Shown here: in pieces, positions 1-12,152 of the stretch | Position numbering within the stretch: position 1 is the stretch's first letter | Layout of the letters: every line of letters begins with the position of its first letter | Origin: Octopus vulgaris | Lineage: Eukaryota | Assembly: GCA_951406725.2 (NCBI GenBank) | Contig: OX597834.1 | Span: 7,068,001 to 7,132,000 of the forward strand | Reading direction: 5' to 3' | DNA: 64,000 nt | The notes under the pieces: model-generated | Seen by the model: only the letters and a program-made list of their open reading frames with translations | Told to the model about the DNA's origin: nothing | Databases searched by the model: none | Program-made: the position numbers and the translations under genes

Positions 1-195
1 TTTATGAAAATAAACAAAAGACGGAGGCAGGTGGAGTACAAACAAACAATTGTATTAGTATGGCGCTCAGGAATATAAATAAAACAAGTCTTTTACGTTT
101 CGAGCCTACGCTCTTCAACAGAAAGATACACAGAAAAGAAACACGGAGAGAAACAAGGAGAGAAAAAAATGCGTGCAGAAGCTAGCGAATCAACA
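1..195 (-). mobile_element. Family A short PLE-derived (pLTR-like) element with hammerhead motif, next to (TA)n
   Basis: Same ~190-bp unit recurs at 735-1070, 6995-7190, 13797-13978 and 39325-39485; all carry GAAGAGCGTAGGCT(C/T)GAAA. Confidence 0.75.
89..126 (-). ncRNA. Minimal type I hammerhead-like motif (family A, U6 core)
   Basis: Minus strand: UCUUU-CUGUUGAA-GAGC(GUAG)GCUC-GAAACGU-A-AAAGA; 5-bp stem I, 4-bp stem II, palindromic ACGU in place of stem III. Confidence 0.6.
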
Positions 196-199
196 TATA

Positions 200-300
<101 letters not shown>

Positions 301-407
301 AATCAGTTGGACACATTAATATAATTTTACTCAAATACTTTAACAGGGCAAGAAGATGGAAGAAATCCATGTTGTCGCTATTTTAGGTAAGAATAGACTA
401 TTCATTT

Positions 408-495
408 GTGCAGCTGATGGTAGCCCTGAATTTAAATTGATATAATGATCGCATTGTTAAATTAAATGGAACCGCTTGAAACGGTTGTACTGCAT
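408..495 (+). ncRNA. Type I hammerhead-like motif with long stem II
   Basis: GUGCAG-CUGAUGG-UAGC...GCUU-GAA-AC(GGUU)GU-A-CUGCAU; stem I GUGCAG/CUGCAU; internal AAUUUAA/UUAAAUU pairing in stem II; within a TA-flanked insert ~300-530. Confidence 0.6.
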
Positions 496-734
496 CACTT
501 CTTGATATTCTGTTGCTTATTTTGATTTTATATATATATCAACGAAAATAGCCCGTGAGATCCGTGAAGGTAGTGTCCAAAAGAGTACGAAGATCCAGTG
601 GTAATCCGGGTGACGAGCTTGGATGTGGATGAGGAAACGTGCTGAAAGGTCTGGAAGTGGTTAAGATATGTAAGTCCAAGAGAGTGGGAAGATTAGTCAG
701 AATCAAACTAGGGTAATACCGTGAACATATAATA

Positions 735-1070
735 TATAATTCAAAGTTATGGATAAACAAAAAACGAAGATAGGTGTAAGAACATAAAGCAAGTTTATTA
801 GTTTGACGCCCAGGGGAAATGGAAAAGTCTTTTACGTTTCGAGCCTACGCTCTTCGACAGAAAGGAATAAGAGGAAATGAATAGAGAAAGAATGAACTCA
901 ACACATTTTTTCTCATTCTCTCTCTATTCATTTCCTCTTATTCCTTTCTGCTGAAGAGCGTAGGCTCGAAATATAAAAGACTTTTCCATTTATCCCGAGC
1001 GTCAAACTAATACACTTAATGTTGTTCATACATCTGTCTTCGTCCTTACTTTTCTATAAATTTGAACCAT
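735..1070. mobile_element. Family A fold-back element (inverted arms, hammerhead motif in each arm)
   Basis: Arms ~735-896 and ~912-1070 are diverged reverse complements; motifs at 828-865 (-) and 943-980 (+). Confidence 0.8.
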
Positions 1071-1294
1071 ATACATACATACATACATAATATACACATA
1101 CATAATACACACATACATATATATATATAAATATTAGGTAAAGTGTGAGCTTTGCAACAAAGTTATGTGTTGTAGAATAAAACATTCTGATTGTCTTTCT
1201 GCAAAAAAAGTAAATACACAAAAAAATAATTGATTATTATGTTTTGTATTTGTTATACGCTATTATGTGTCTGGAGATTTTAAAGTAGGATTTC

Positions 1295-1355
<61 letters not shown>

Positions 1356-1358
1356 CAT

Positions 1359-1427
<69 letters not shown>

Positions 1428-1679
1428 TATATATATACATATATATATACATACATACATATATATTTATATGGATAACTCAAGCATTTTGTATAATCTG
1501 AATGAAGCTAGAAAAATATTTAATAAAAAATATTGGAAGATTGTTTCAGTGATCCCAAATGGAATTATAATACGATTTTTCTCGAATCATTCTTGTTCTA
1601 CATTAATGAATGTGTGTGTGTGTGTGTAGTTTTTGCTTTCTGTGTGGTAAGTGTACATGACTGCACACAGAAATATATA

Positions 1680-1725
<46 letters not shown>

Positions 1726-1740
1726 GTATGCATGTATGTG

Positions 1741-1770
<30 letters not shown>

Positions 1771-1771
<1 letters not shown>

Positions 1772-2023
1772 TACGGAGATGTACTCGCATAGCAAGTAAT
1801 TTGATCTGAGATCGTGTGCTGAAACGAAAACAATTGCAGCGTGGGAGGTGTTTATAAGCCATTTAAGAAACACACGAGATGCAGCACGGACTTTGTCAGT
1901 GAACAGGTCGCGGATTTTAGCGACGAAAATATTTTGACAAATTAAACTTAAATGTTGGAGTGAATCGAACGGCTTTTGTGTGTTTCTTAAATGGCTTATA
2001 AACACCTCCCACGCTGCAATTGT

Positions 2024-2025
<2 letters not shown>
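1771..2025. mobile_element. Family C fold-back element in (TA)n
   Basis: Inverted arms AACAATTGCAGCGTGGGAGGTGTTTATAAGCCATTTAAGAAACACAC (1829-1875) and its complement (1978-2024); homologues at 20575-20852 and 54606-54921. Confidence 0.8.
1892..1941 (+). ncRNA. Type I hammerhead-like motif with G3-C8 core (family C)
   Basis: UUUGUCA-GUGAACA-G-GUCGC(GGAUUUUA)GCGAC-GAAA(AUAU)U-U-UGACAAA; 7-bp stem I, 5-bp stem II, palindromic loop III. Confidence 0.65.
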
Positions 2026-2062
<37 letters not shown>

Positions 2063-2592
2063 CTGATATATGTATCTGTCGTCTGTAGACCCAAAAGCAC
2101 GCACACATATAGACTGAAAGTTTGATAGACATATAATAATACGTACATACATACATATATACATATATACATAGTTATATATATATATATAGCTATATAC
2201 ATATACATATATACATGTATATGTATGTGTTTGAGTATATATGTAGGTATATATACACACACATACGCATGCATATATACATGTGTGTGTAAACATGTAT
2301 GTACTTTGTCTATATATACATACATTGATACATAGATACCCGCACACACACAGATATATATACATATACATACACATATATATATATATATATACAAATA
2401 CACATACACTCACTCGCACAGGCGCATGCGTATATACCTACTTTCGCTGTACAAATGCGATATACTTACATCAGTCGACTCTCTAATTGGTTGTATCGAC
2501 GCGTCTGTTATCTTTTTTGAGTACAATCATAAGCATTCGTCACACATGTAACCAGAAGAACTAAACACAATTACACACACACACACACACAT

Positions 2593-2635
<43 letters not shown>

Positions 2636-3259
2636 CACACACACGTATGCGCGCATGCACATATAAATAACAACCAATGTGTTACAAAAAAGAGAGTTTG
2701 AAATAAATTCTGTGATAATACCGGAATTTATGTTTACAATTCTGTTCTGCTGTTATCAGTTTATGAAATGTGTTGAAAGAACTTATTTTCTTTCTATATT
2801 AACGTCTTCAGTAAAGTTCACATAGTACTTACCTGTGGCACGTTTTTCCCTAGTGGCTTTCTTCTAAATGTAATAAGGTTTTTTCGATTTTTTTTAAAGA
2901 CATGACGTTTATCCTTATGAAAATATGGAAACGATTAACCCGAGCTGTGCGGATTATTCGCACTGACTTGGTGCTTCCACTTAAGTACCTAATTCAACTA
3001 ATCCAAACTTTTAAGTTGGTGACGGTCTGTGATCGCTGCTAATCAACAAATTATAATAATGGGCTTATTTTAATTACATCACATTATATCCTGGGTAGAA
3101 AAACACTGAAGACTTTTATCCTTTCTCTGTTAATATAAGTTAATATATAAAATACCAGTAATATACTGGGTGTTCATACAAATACATTATAGCCTTCTTT
3201 AATGAACTTTTGACACTAAATCCATGCTCCTATATATATTTGTGTGTGTGAGCGAGTGC

Positions 3260-3312
<53 letters not shown>

Positions 3313-3416
3313 TAATCCAAACAAGAAAACACAGAAAAAAAGAGAAAAAAAACACAGCAACGCAGGACGTGGAACAATTAAAGTATTATTGACGCTCAGG
3401 AAAGAAGGGAAGGAGG

Positions 3417-3451
3417 ATTTAACGTTTCGAGCGGAGCTCTTCGTCGGAAAC
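3417..3451 (-). ncRNA. Minimal type I hammerhead-like motif (family B, C4 core)
   Basis: GUUU-CCGACGAA-GAGC(UCC)GCUC-GAAACGU-U-AAAU; copies at 16487-16521 (+), 17533-17567 (-), 42559-42593 (-). Confidence 0.6.
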
Positions 3452-3799
3452 AAGGAGAAGGAAAGATCCCAAGAAGGGAAGACAGAGGAAAAAAAATATT
3501 TTTGCTGGTGGTGCTCAAGAGATCACATGTTGAAAGAACAGAATTTGGGAGGTAGACGAATCATGATTTTTAAAAGCAAGAGAGTTTCAAAAAAAGGGAA
3601 TGTGTGTGGGTGCGTGTGTGTGTGTGTGTGCAAGGATGTCAAGTGTGTTTGTGCGTGCGTGTGTGTGTGTGTGTGTATGTGTGGTGAATAATAAGCAATG
3701 GCAAGTAAGCAGTCATAAGGCACTCCTTTATGACAAGCTGGCTTGTTTGTATCCAGCCAGGTCAAAGCCAGGTCAAAAAAACAAAGGAGTATATGTATC

Positions 3800-4628
3800 A
3801 TGTGTGTGTGTTGTTTGTAGTGTGTGTGTGTGTGCATGTGTGTGTTCGTGTGTGTATGCGTAGAGTGTGGGTGTGTGGCGAGTAACTGCTTAACCTAGTG
3901 TATGTGTGCGTGTGTGCTTGTACGTGCGTGTGTGTGTAGGGATGTATGTGTGGGTTCATTTGTGTGAGTGTGTATGTATGTACGTGTATGTGTGTGCGTG
4001 TATGTGTGCGTTTGTATGTGTTCGTGTGTATGTGTGCGTGCGCGGATAGGTGTATATTGTGTATGTATATCTGTCGGTGTGTATGTGAGTTTGTGTGTGT
4101 TTGTACGTGTGTATGTGTGTGTGAGTGTATAGTATATATATGTAAATGTGTGTGTATGTGCGTGTATGTGTACGTGCGTGCGAGTGAATGTATGTATATA
4201 TGTGTGCGTGTGTGTACAATGTAGAGGCTTATATGTGTGTTTATATATTTATGTGTGTGTGTATGTATGTGTGTATGGGTGTATGTGTGTGTATGTGTAT
4301 GTATGTATGTATGTATATGTATGCGTGTGTGTATGTATGTATGTGTGTATGTGTGTGTATGTATGCGCGTGTGTATGTATGTATGTGTGTATTTGTGTGT
4401 ATGTGTGTATGTATGTATGTATGTATGTGTGTGTATGTATGTGTGTATGTATGTACGTACGTATGTATGTGTGTATGTATGTGTGTAAGTGTGTGTATGT
4501 ATGTATGTATGTATGTACGTACGTATGTATGTATTTATGCATGTGTGTATGTGTGTATGTGCGTGTGTGTACATATGTATGTATATGTATGTGTGTGTAT
4601 GTATGTATCTATGTATGTAGTGTATGTA

Positions 4629-4659
<31 letters not shown>

Positions 4660-6410
4660 GCATGCGTGTATGTGTGTATGTGTATGTATGTATGTATTTA
4701 TATATGTGTGTGTATGTATGTGTGCGTATGTGTGTATATGTGTGTGTATGTATGTACGTATGTATGTATGTGTGTGTATGTGTGTGTATGTGTGTGTATG
4801 TGTGTGTATGTATGTGTGTATGTATGTATGTGTGTGTGTATGTATGTGTATGTGTGTATGTGTGTAAGTGTGTGTGTGTGTATGTATGTATGTGTATGTA
4901 TGTGTGTGCATATATGTATGTGTGCGTGCGTGTGTGTGTATGTGTGTGTGTATGTATGTATATGTATGTTTGTGTATGTATGTATCTATGTATGTATGTG
5001 TGTATATATGTATGTATGTGTGTATGTGTGTGTATGTATATGTATGCGTGTGTGTATGTATGTATGTGTATGTAAGTGTGTGTGTATGCATGTATGTACG
5101 GGTGTATGTGTGTAAGTGTGTGTGTGTATGTGTTTGTGTATGTATGTATATGTACGCGTGTGTGTATGTATGTATGTGTGTATGTGTATGTATGTATGTG
5201 TGCATGCGTGTATGTGTGCATGTGTGTGTCTGTATGTATGTATGTATGTATATGTATGTGTGTGTGTGTGTATATGTGTCTATGTATGTATGCGTGTATG
5301 TATGTGTGTATATGTGTGTATGTATGTGTGTGTGTATGTATGTATGTAAGTGTGTGTGTGTATATGTATGTGCGTATGTATGTGTGTGTATGTATGTGTA
5401 TATATATATGTATGTGTGCATGCGTGTATGTGTGTATGTGCGTGTGTGTACGTATGTGTGTATATGTATCTGTGTGTGTATGTATGTATATGTATGTGTG
5501 TATGTATTTATATGTATGTGTGTGTGTATGTGTGTATGTATCTAAGTATGTGTGTATGTGTGTGTATGTATGTGTGTATGTGTGTGTGTGTGTGTATGTG
5601 TGTGTGTATGTATGTATGTATATGTATGTGTGTGTATGTGTGTGTATGTGTGTGTATGTATGTGTATGTGTGTGTGTTTGTGTGTGTATGTATGTTTGTG
5701 CGTGTGTATGTGTGTATGTACGTGTGTATGTATGTATGTATGTGTATGTGTGTGTGTACGTGTGTATATGTATGTATGTATGTATGTGTGTATGTATGTG
5801 TGCGTGCGTGTGTGTGTGGGTATGTGTGTGTGTATGTATGTGTGTATGTATATGTATGTATGTGTGTGTATGTATGTATGTATGTATGTGTGTATGTATG
5901 TATGTGTGTGTATGTGTATGTGTGTGTATGTATGTGTGTATGTATGTATGTGTGTATGTATGTGTGTATGTATGTATGTATGTATGTATGTATGTATGCG
6001 TGTGTGTGTATGTATGTATGTATGAATGTATCTATGTATGTATTATGTGTGTATGTATGTATGTATGTATGTATGTATGTATGTATGTATGTATGTGTGT
6101 ATGCGTGTGGGGGGTGGGGTTGGAGTTGTGTGGGCGCAAGGTACATGCGCGTGCTTGTGTGCGTGTGTGCGCTTACGTGCGTGTATCTGTGCGTCTCGGC
6201 TAGGTGTTTATAGGAGTGTGCGTATCTGTATGAGTATTGTCCCTGGTGTGTGTGTGCACGGGCATGTTTGTGGGTGTGTGCACGTGGGGGTGTGTGTATA
6301 GGTGTGGAAGTAAGTGTGCGTACATGTGCATGTACGTTGTGTGTGTGTGCTGTGTTGGGAGTAGGTGTGTTCGTGGGTACGTGAGTATGTGTATGTGTGT
6401 GACTGCTTAA
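3800..6410. repeat. ~2.6-kb compound (TG)n/(TATG)n microsatellite
   Basis: Directly visible interspersed TG and TATG units. Confidence 0.97.
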
Positions 6411-6422
6411 GGACAATTATAA

Positions 6423-6455
<33 letters not shown>

Positions 6456-6538
6456 TAAAAAATAAAATAGAAAATAAATAATAATTAATAAGTAATAAAT
6501 AAAAAAAGATGCTAGTGGGGAGAAGTGGAGCACAGTCA

Positions 6539-6730
6539 CTAAGAGGAGGGGGCTGTGTTGAGTCCGTGTGGGGTTAGAGTCTGTAGAAGGAATATGAGCC
6601 GTTGCTCCAAGTGAATCCTAGATTGTGGAGAGCCGTTGTGTGGGGCAAGACCAAACACCGATATGTCATCGGGGGAATGGCTGGCCGAGCGGAAGTGACG
6701 TGCGACGGGATAATATAGCACAGTTGAAAC
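6539..6730 (-). pseudogene. Penelope-like GIY-YIG endonuclease C-terminal fragment
   Basis: PVARHF...HSPDDISVFGL...RIHLEQRLIFLLQTLTPHGLN fits the typical PLE terminus (HF..H, E..LI..L.TL.P.GLN). Confidence 0.85.
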
Positions 6731-6945
6731 ACTCCTGTTACAACCTGGGACCTTCAAGATTGCTTTAATGCAAGAAAGTATATTAGTCCCTTAATATTTG
6801 ATATTCAATATTTCATCTATTCAATAAGACAATCAATACTTCATTTCATTTTACTACATACTATTTATACTATATATTCTATATTCTACATTAATATTAT
6901 AAAGAATATAAATAAAACAGAAAAAACAGAGTCGGAATTCCTTTG

Positions 6946-6994
<49 letters not shown>

Positions 6995-6996
<2 letters not shown>

Positions 6997-7190
6997 AGAT
7001 CGTCAGCTCCTACACGCATTTTTTTCTCTCCTTGTTTCTTTTCTGTGTATCTTTCTGTCGAAGAGCGTAGGCTCGAAACGTAAAAGACTTGTTCTATTTC
7101 TATTCCTGAGCGACATACTAATACATTTGTTTGTTTGTACTCCACCTGCCTTCGTCTTTTGTTTATTTTCGTAAACCTTCCCCTTCTGTA
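6995..7190 (+). mobile_element. Family A element between (TA)n tracts, hammerhead motif 7050-7087
   Basis: UCUUU-CUGUCGAA-GAGC(GUAG)GCUC-GAAACGU-A-AAAGA. Confidence 0.75.
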
Positions 7191-7206
7191 TATATATATA
7201 TGTATG

Positions 7207-7267
<61 letters not shown>

Positions 7268-8178
7268 GTAAATTTGATTCACATACCGAAAGAGCTATTT
7301 TAACTAGTAGTCGCTCTTTCGGTATGTGTATTAAATTGATATGTATCTCCCACTAAATGGAGAACTTTTTTGTTTATTCAACTTATATTGGATCTACAAT
7401 CTATATATAAATATATCTTCTCATCTTTTACTTGGTTCAGTCATCAGACTGCGGTCATGCTGGGGCAACAACTTGGGGAATTTTGGTCGAATGAATCGAT
7501 ATCAGTACTGTGTCTGTCTCTTTCTCTTTCTCTCTATTTTTCTTTCTCTCACTCTCTCTCTCTCTCCCTCTATTTTTCTTTCTCCCTCTCTCTCCCTCTC
7601 TATATATGTATATATATATACACATCAAAATTTATATACGCTCTTCGTCATTTTCATAATTTTGGACTGGTAATCTCTAGCACAACGTCTCACCTAGTTT
7701 TCCTCCACTTCTTCCTTGGCCTTCCACTTCAGCAAATTCCTTCAATTCGGTTTGCCTAATATTTATTTATCCAACACTTTCCCTCCATACACAAATTCTC
7801 GATCATTCCCAGTTTTCCTCTTGAACCCTAGATCTGATTTGAACCCTCGTACATCTCCGAGTTTTGTCTTTGTTGCTGTACACATTCGCTAGCTTTCTTA
7901 CAAAAAATCTAATGCTTACTCTTTTTTGGGGGCAACTAAATCGAACTGTCTCAAGTGTAACTACCCGAAACGGTAAGGACATCTGGTATCTTGTCTGATG
8001 AAAGAAGGCCACGAATAACCCGTCCTTTTTTTCCCCTGTCCTTCTAATTGTTGTTTCTCCTGTCCGCCCTTGTATCGTCTATCTGTCCGAATGTTTTATT
8101 CTTATCAATTGCGTTTTTGTTCCATTTTCTATATTTATATATACATATAGCGACGTACGTATACACTTATGTTCACCC

Positions 8179-8229
<51 letters not shown>

Positions 8230-8234
<5 letters not shown>

Positions 8235-8550
8235 TTAATAAAATAAAACATATGCATATATACATACATATATGTACGTACCTACATCTACATGTATATA
8301 TACATGCATATATGGGTACAGGACAACAAAAAAAACGTCGAACACAATGAGAAACGAAAACATAAACACAAAACCAAGGAAATGGACATTTTTCTTAAAC
8401 AACGAAAAAAATAGAGTACAGGACATACAATACAAGGAAAATTCCCCTTCTTCAGTCGCCTTTGTTTCATCCACTCCACGTTTCGAAGGTCAAGGCGTGA
8501 CATGACTTTAATGAAACATTCCTTCCCGCGAAAAGCAAATTAAATAAAAA
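8230..8550. mobile_element. Family D (TA)-associated repeat
   Basis: Homologous to 20308-20530 and 52385-52925. Confidence 0.75.
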
Positions 8551-9459
8551 ACAGACTTTCGCACATTTTCCGTCTGCCAAATTAACTCACAAGGCATTGA
8601 GCATCCCAAGGCCCTAATAGAAGTTACTTACCCAAAATGCTACCCAGTGTGAGTGAACCTGAAACCATGGGGTGCCAAAGATATGCCAGAGGTATTCCTG
8701 ACTTTTAGAATCACAGTTTCAAGAGCTCCACCAACGTTGCTTCTAACCACACAGTATTCTGATAAAACTCCTTTCTGACATTTATTGATTGTCTCTTCAT
8801 GTAAACCGCTGATTGGATTCGATTGAATTTCTTGTTAATTATTTTTGTTTTTTTTCCTTCAGCAATTCACGTCTGATGCCAGAGTTTTTCACTGAAAGCT
8901 TTTAACACCTGTTCGAGCGTGATTAATTTATACACGGCTGTTTTCTTTTTCCCCTCTAAACATTGTTTCTGTTTTAGTTTGCAGTGTTTGTAATTATTTG
9001 TTTGTTTGCATGTAAAAAAAAACAACAACACTACATAACTGATAGTTCTCTTTCTTTTCCAAATCCATTACCACCACAGCTTTATATTTTTTTATTCCTT
9101 CGTTTTTCTTTTTTTAATTCTTCACTTTCTCCAAGGGGCTGTTTTGCAGTTGTTGAGAGGGTATATAAACATCTGTTAATTTGACAAATTGAAGTGATCT
9201 TACTTGTGTAAATATTCTCTTGTGATTTCATTAAACACCATAGGAACGAGCTCATTAATTTTTTACATTCATGATAGACGTGGCATTTTCTGAAGTGGGA
9301 ATCTTAGAAATAAAATGATCTACTCTCGAAACATCTCACCGAGTAATACTCTGACATGATAAACTTCAGTTGCTTATACTGCTCGCTCTTCCAGGTGGTA
9401 CGATTATATTTCACAGTTGCTACTGTTGCTAGGCTTTCTAATTGCATATTGTAGAACAT

Positions 9460-10048
9460 AGGCGGCGAGCTGGCAGAAACGTTAACACGCCGGGCGAAAT
9501 GCATAGTGGTATTTCATCTGTCGTTACGTTCTGAGTTCAAATTCCGCCGAGGTCGACTTTGCCTTTCATCCTTTCGAAGTCGATAAATAAAGTACCAGTT
9601 TCGCACTGGGGTCGATGTAATCGACTTAATCCGTTTGTCTGTCCTTGTTTGTCCTCTCTGTGCTTAGCCCCTTGTGGGTAGTAAAGAAACAGGTATTTCG
9701 TATATCGTTACATTCTGAGTTCAAATTCCGCCGAGGTCGACTTTGCCTTTCATCCTTTTGGGGTCGATAAATTAAGAACCAATTACGCACTGGGGTCGAT
9801 ATAATCGACTTAATCCGTTTGTCTGTCCCCTTTATGTGTAGCCCCTTGTGGGTAGTAAAGAAATAGGTATTTTGTCTATCGTTACGTTCTGAGTTCAAAT
9901 TCCGCCGAGGTCAACTTTGCCTTTCATCTTTTTGGGGTCGATAAATTAAGAACCAATTACGCACAGGGGTCGATATAATCGACTTAATCCCTTTGTCTGT
10001 CCTTGTTTGTCCCCTCTGTGTTTAGCCCCTTGTGCGTAGTAAAGAAAT
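9460..10048 (+). mobile_element. tRNA-derived SINE-B with three tandem body units (Meta-like central domain)
   Basis: Head GGCGGCGAGCTGGCAGAA, B-box-like GAGTTCAAATTCC, core GCCTTTCATCCTTT(C/T)G..GTCGATAAA..AAG(T)ACCA repeated 3x. Confidence 0.85.
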
Positions 10049-10337
10049 ATATATTTTACAGTTGCCGCTGTTGCTAGGCTTTCTAATTGCATATTGTAGA
10101 CCATCAACTAGGATACGTGGTTGCATAACGGCGTTAGAGTGTTCAACCTGGTTGTAATGAAGCACAGTAACTGCAGAAGGCTGGTTTATTGTTGAAGGAA
10201 TGTCTGATTTTGGAGAATAGACATGTGGTGTTATTTTTGCAATGCTTACATATTCGGGAATAAATTTACACTCTTCAATAAAGTATCTATTTATTATTAA
10301 CATATTGTAGCAAATTCGAACGTGGATATCTGATCGC

Positions 10338-10400
<63 letters not shown>

Positions 10401-10539
10401 CATCATAATCATCATCATCATCATCATCATTATTATTACTATTATTATTATTATTATTATTATTACTATTATTATTATTATTATTATTATTATTGTTGTC
10501 ATTATTATTATTGTCATTATTATTATTATATTTATTATG

Positions 10540-10586
<47 letters not shown>

Positions 10587-10709
10587 CATTATTATTATTA
10601 TTATTATTATTATCATTATTATTATTATTATTATTATTATCTTTATCATTATCATTATTATTATCATCATTATCATCATCATCATCATTATTATTATTAT
10701 TATTATTAT

Positions 10710-10782
<73 letters not shown>
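10338..10782. repeat. (ATT/ATC)n then (AGT)n trinucleotide microsatellite
   Basis: Directly visible. Confidence 0.97.
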
Positions 10783-10783
<1 letters not shown>

Positions 10784-10936
10784 TGTCTTGAGAGAACACC
10801 TCGGCACTTTAGGCGACGAGTGTTCATAAGAAAAGGGATTCACCAGAACATACACCGTCTAAAGGGAGAAGGTGTTCTCCGATTACGAAAATTAAGAAGC
10901 ATCGGTTATATTCGTTTTCGAATCTGTCAGAATATA

Positions 10937-11336
10937 TCTTTATATATAAAAGTGAAGTTGTCTGAGTGTCTGTCTCCTACGATTTAGATTCCTAACTACT
11001 CCCACATTTTGCGGTGCAGTTTAACCAAAACCAGATATCTTATAGTCGTGATTCATATCGAGCCCTTCTGGGTATTAGCGCGCGTCTACGATGAGTCTAC
11101 GATTTAAAAAAAAATTCACCATCATTTTTTTCCATTTTAATGCATTTTTTCGCTATTATATAAGGGAAGTAACTCTCTAAAAATGTCTACGATGAGTCAA
11201 CGATTTAAATAAAAATTTACCATCATTTGTTTTCCATTTTTAATGCATTTTTGCTATTTTTTGGCTATAACTCTCTAACAATGCTTATATAGTTATTTCC
11301 CTTACAAACCTGAGCAACGCCGGGTGATACTGCTAG
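10937..11336 (+). mobile_element. Non-autonomous Helitron
   Basis: 5' A|TC, 3' GC-rich hairpin (CCTGAGCAACGCCGGG) then CTAG|T; closely similar copy at 48310-48711. Confidence 0.8.
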
Positions 11337-11676
11337 TTAAAAATAAATAGATACGTTGTTGTTTGGATTCTTACTCTTCTGCGCACACCCCCATGTGTTA
11401 TTTACACTGCTCAATTAGCAGAAAATTTTCAAAACATCGGCTACTCTTTTGCATTCAAATGATACCGGTGCTGACATAATTGATTTACCATGAAATAATT
11501 TAGTCCTGGTAGCAATTCTTCCTGGTATATTTCCGTTCTTTTCATAAAACCAACAGTGGGATCGTCTATATTGATTTCATGTCTCAAAAAAAGTTCTATA
11601 ACTTGACTAAAATTTACCTTTCTCGATTTCTATTTATTTATTGCTTCAGTTCTTCTCGGCAATGCCGATGATGACG

Positions 11677-11746
11677 TTAGTAGCCATGCTGTTTGTAATA
11701 GATTCCTGCACAGAGAATCATGGTTGAGACGACTAGCGCTACCGTT
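11677..11746 (-). CDS. Candidate terminal coding exon (hydrophobic, (R)TVALVVSTMILCAGIYYKQHGY*)
   Basis: Acceptor ttttatttag, phase-compatible with 12473-12587, TAA stop, AATAAA ~35 nt downstream; no homology recognised. Confidence 0.35.
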
Positions 11747-12049
11747 CTAAATAAAATTTCATTAGTGAATACGTTTAAAAGAATTATCAGTTGGAGAAAA
11801 TAGTTAACATATATTCAGCGAGTTATCTCCTAAGGCAAATATGCAACTTCAGTCATCCAGTGTCTATCTGTTTTTCACGTATGTATAAATGCGTGCATAT
11901 ATATATACGTAGATGAAGTATAGACGAAGGTTTATGAAGTTCGTTTCACAAACACGTACCTTTTTTGGTTCCACTTTGTGACGTTTTGTCTCGGTGCCAT
12001 TTCTGCTGCCTTGGATAACCCCATAACTTGTGAGGAAAATTGGATAAAC

Positions 12050-12152
12050 AGGTCGACTTTGCCTTTCATCCTTTCGGGGTCGATATAGTTGTCCTAATCC
12101 GTTTGTCTGTCCTTGTTTGTCCCCTCTGTGTTTAGCCCCTTGTGGGTAGTAA

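Larger units (their letters stand above)
3308..6760 (-). mobile_element. 3' end of a Penelope-like element: GIY-YIG C-terminus, microsatellite-expanded 3' region, family B pLTR with hammerhead
   Basis: Coding remnant at 6539-6757 and hammerhead motif at 3417-3451 are on the same strand, separated by degenerate (CA/TACA)n; ends at (TA)n. Continuity of the whole span is inferred. Confidence 0.55.

Noticed and set aside
7960-8015. GAAACGGTA followed by CTGATGAA
   Set aside because: Could not form stems I and II in any permutation
9460-10048. Tandem repeats resembling a CRISPR or satellite array
   Set aside because: Units are SINE bodies without unique spacers; eukaryotic context, no cas genes
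10022-10303. 93-aa non-repetitive ORF
   Set aside because: Runs into the target duplication and SINE, and stops soon after in the reconstructed empty site; no motif recognised
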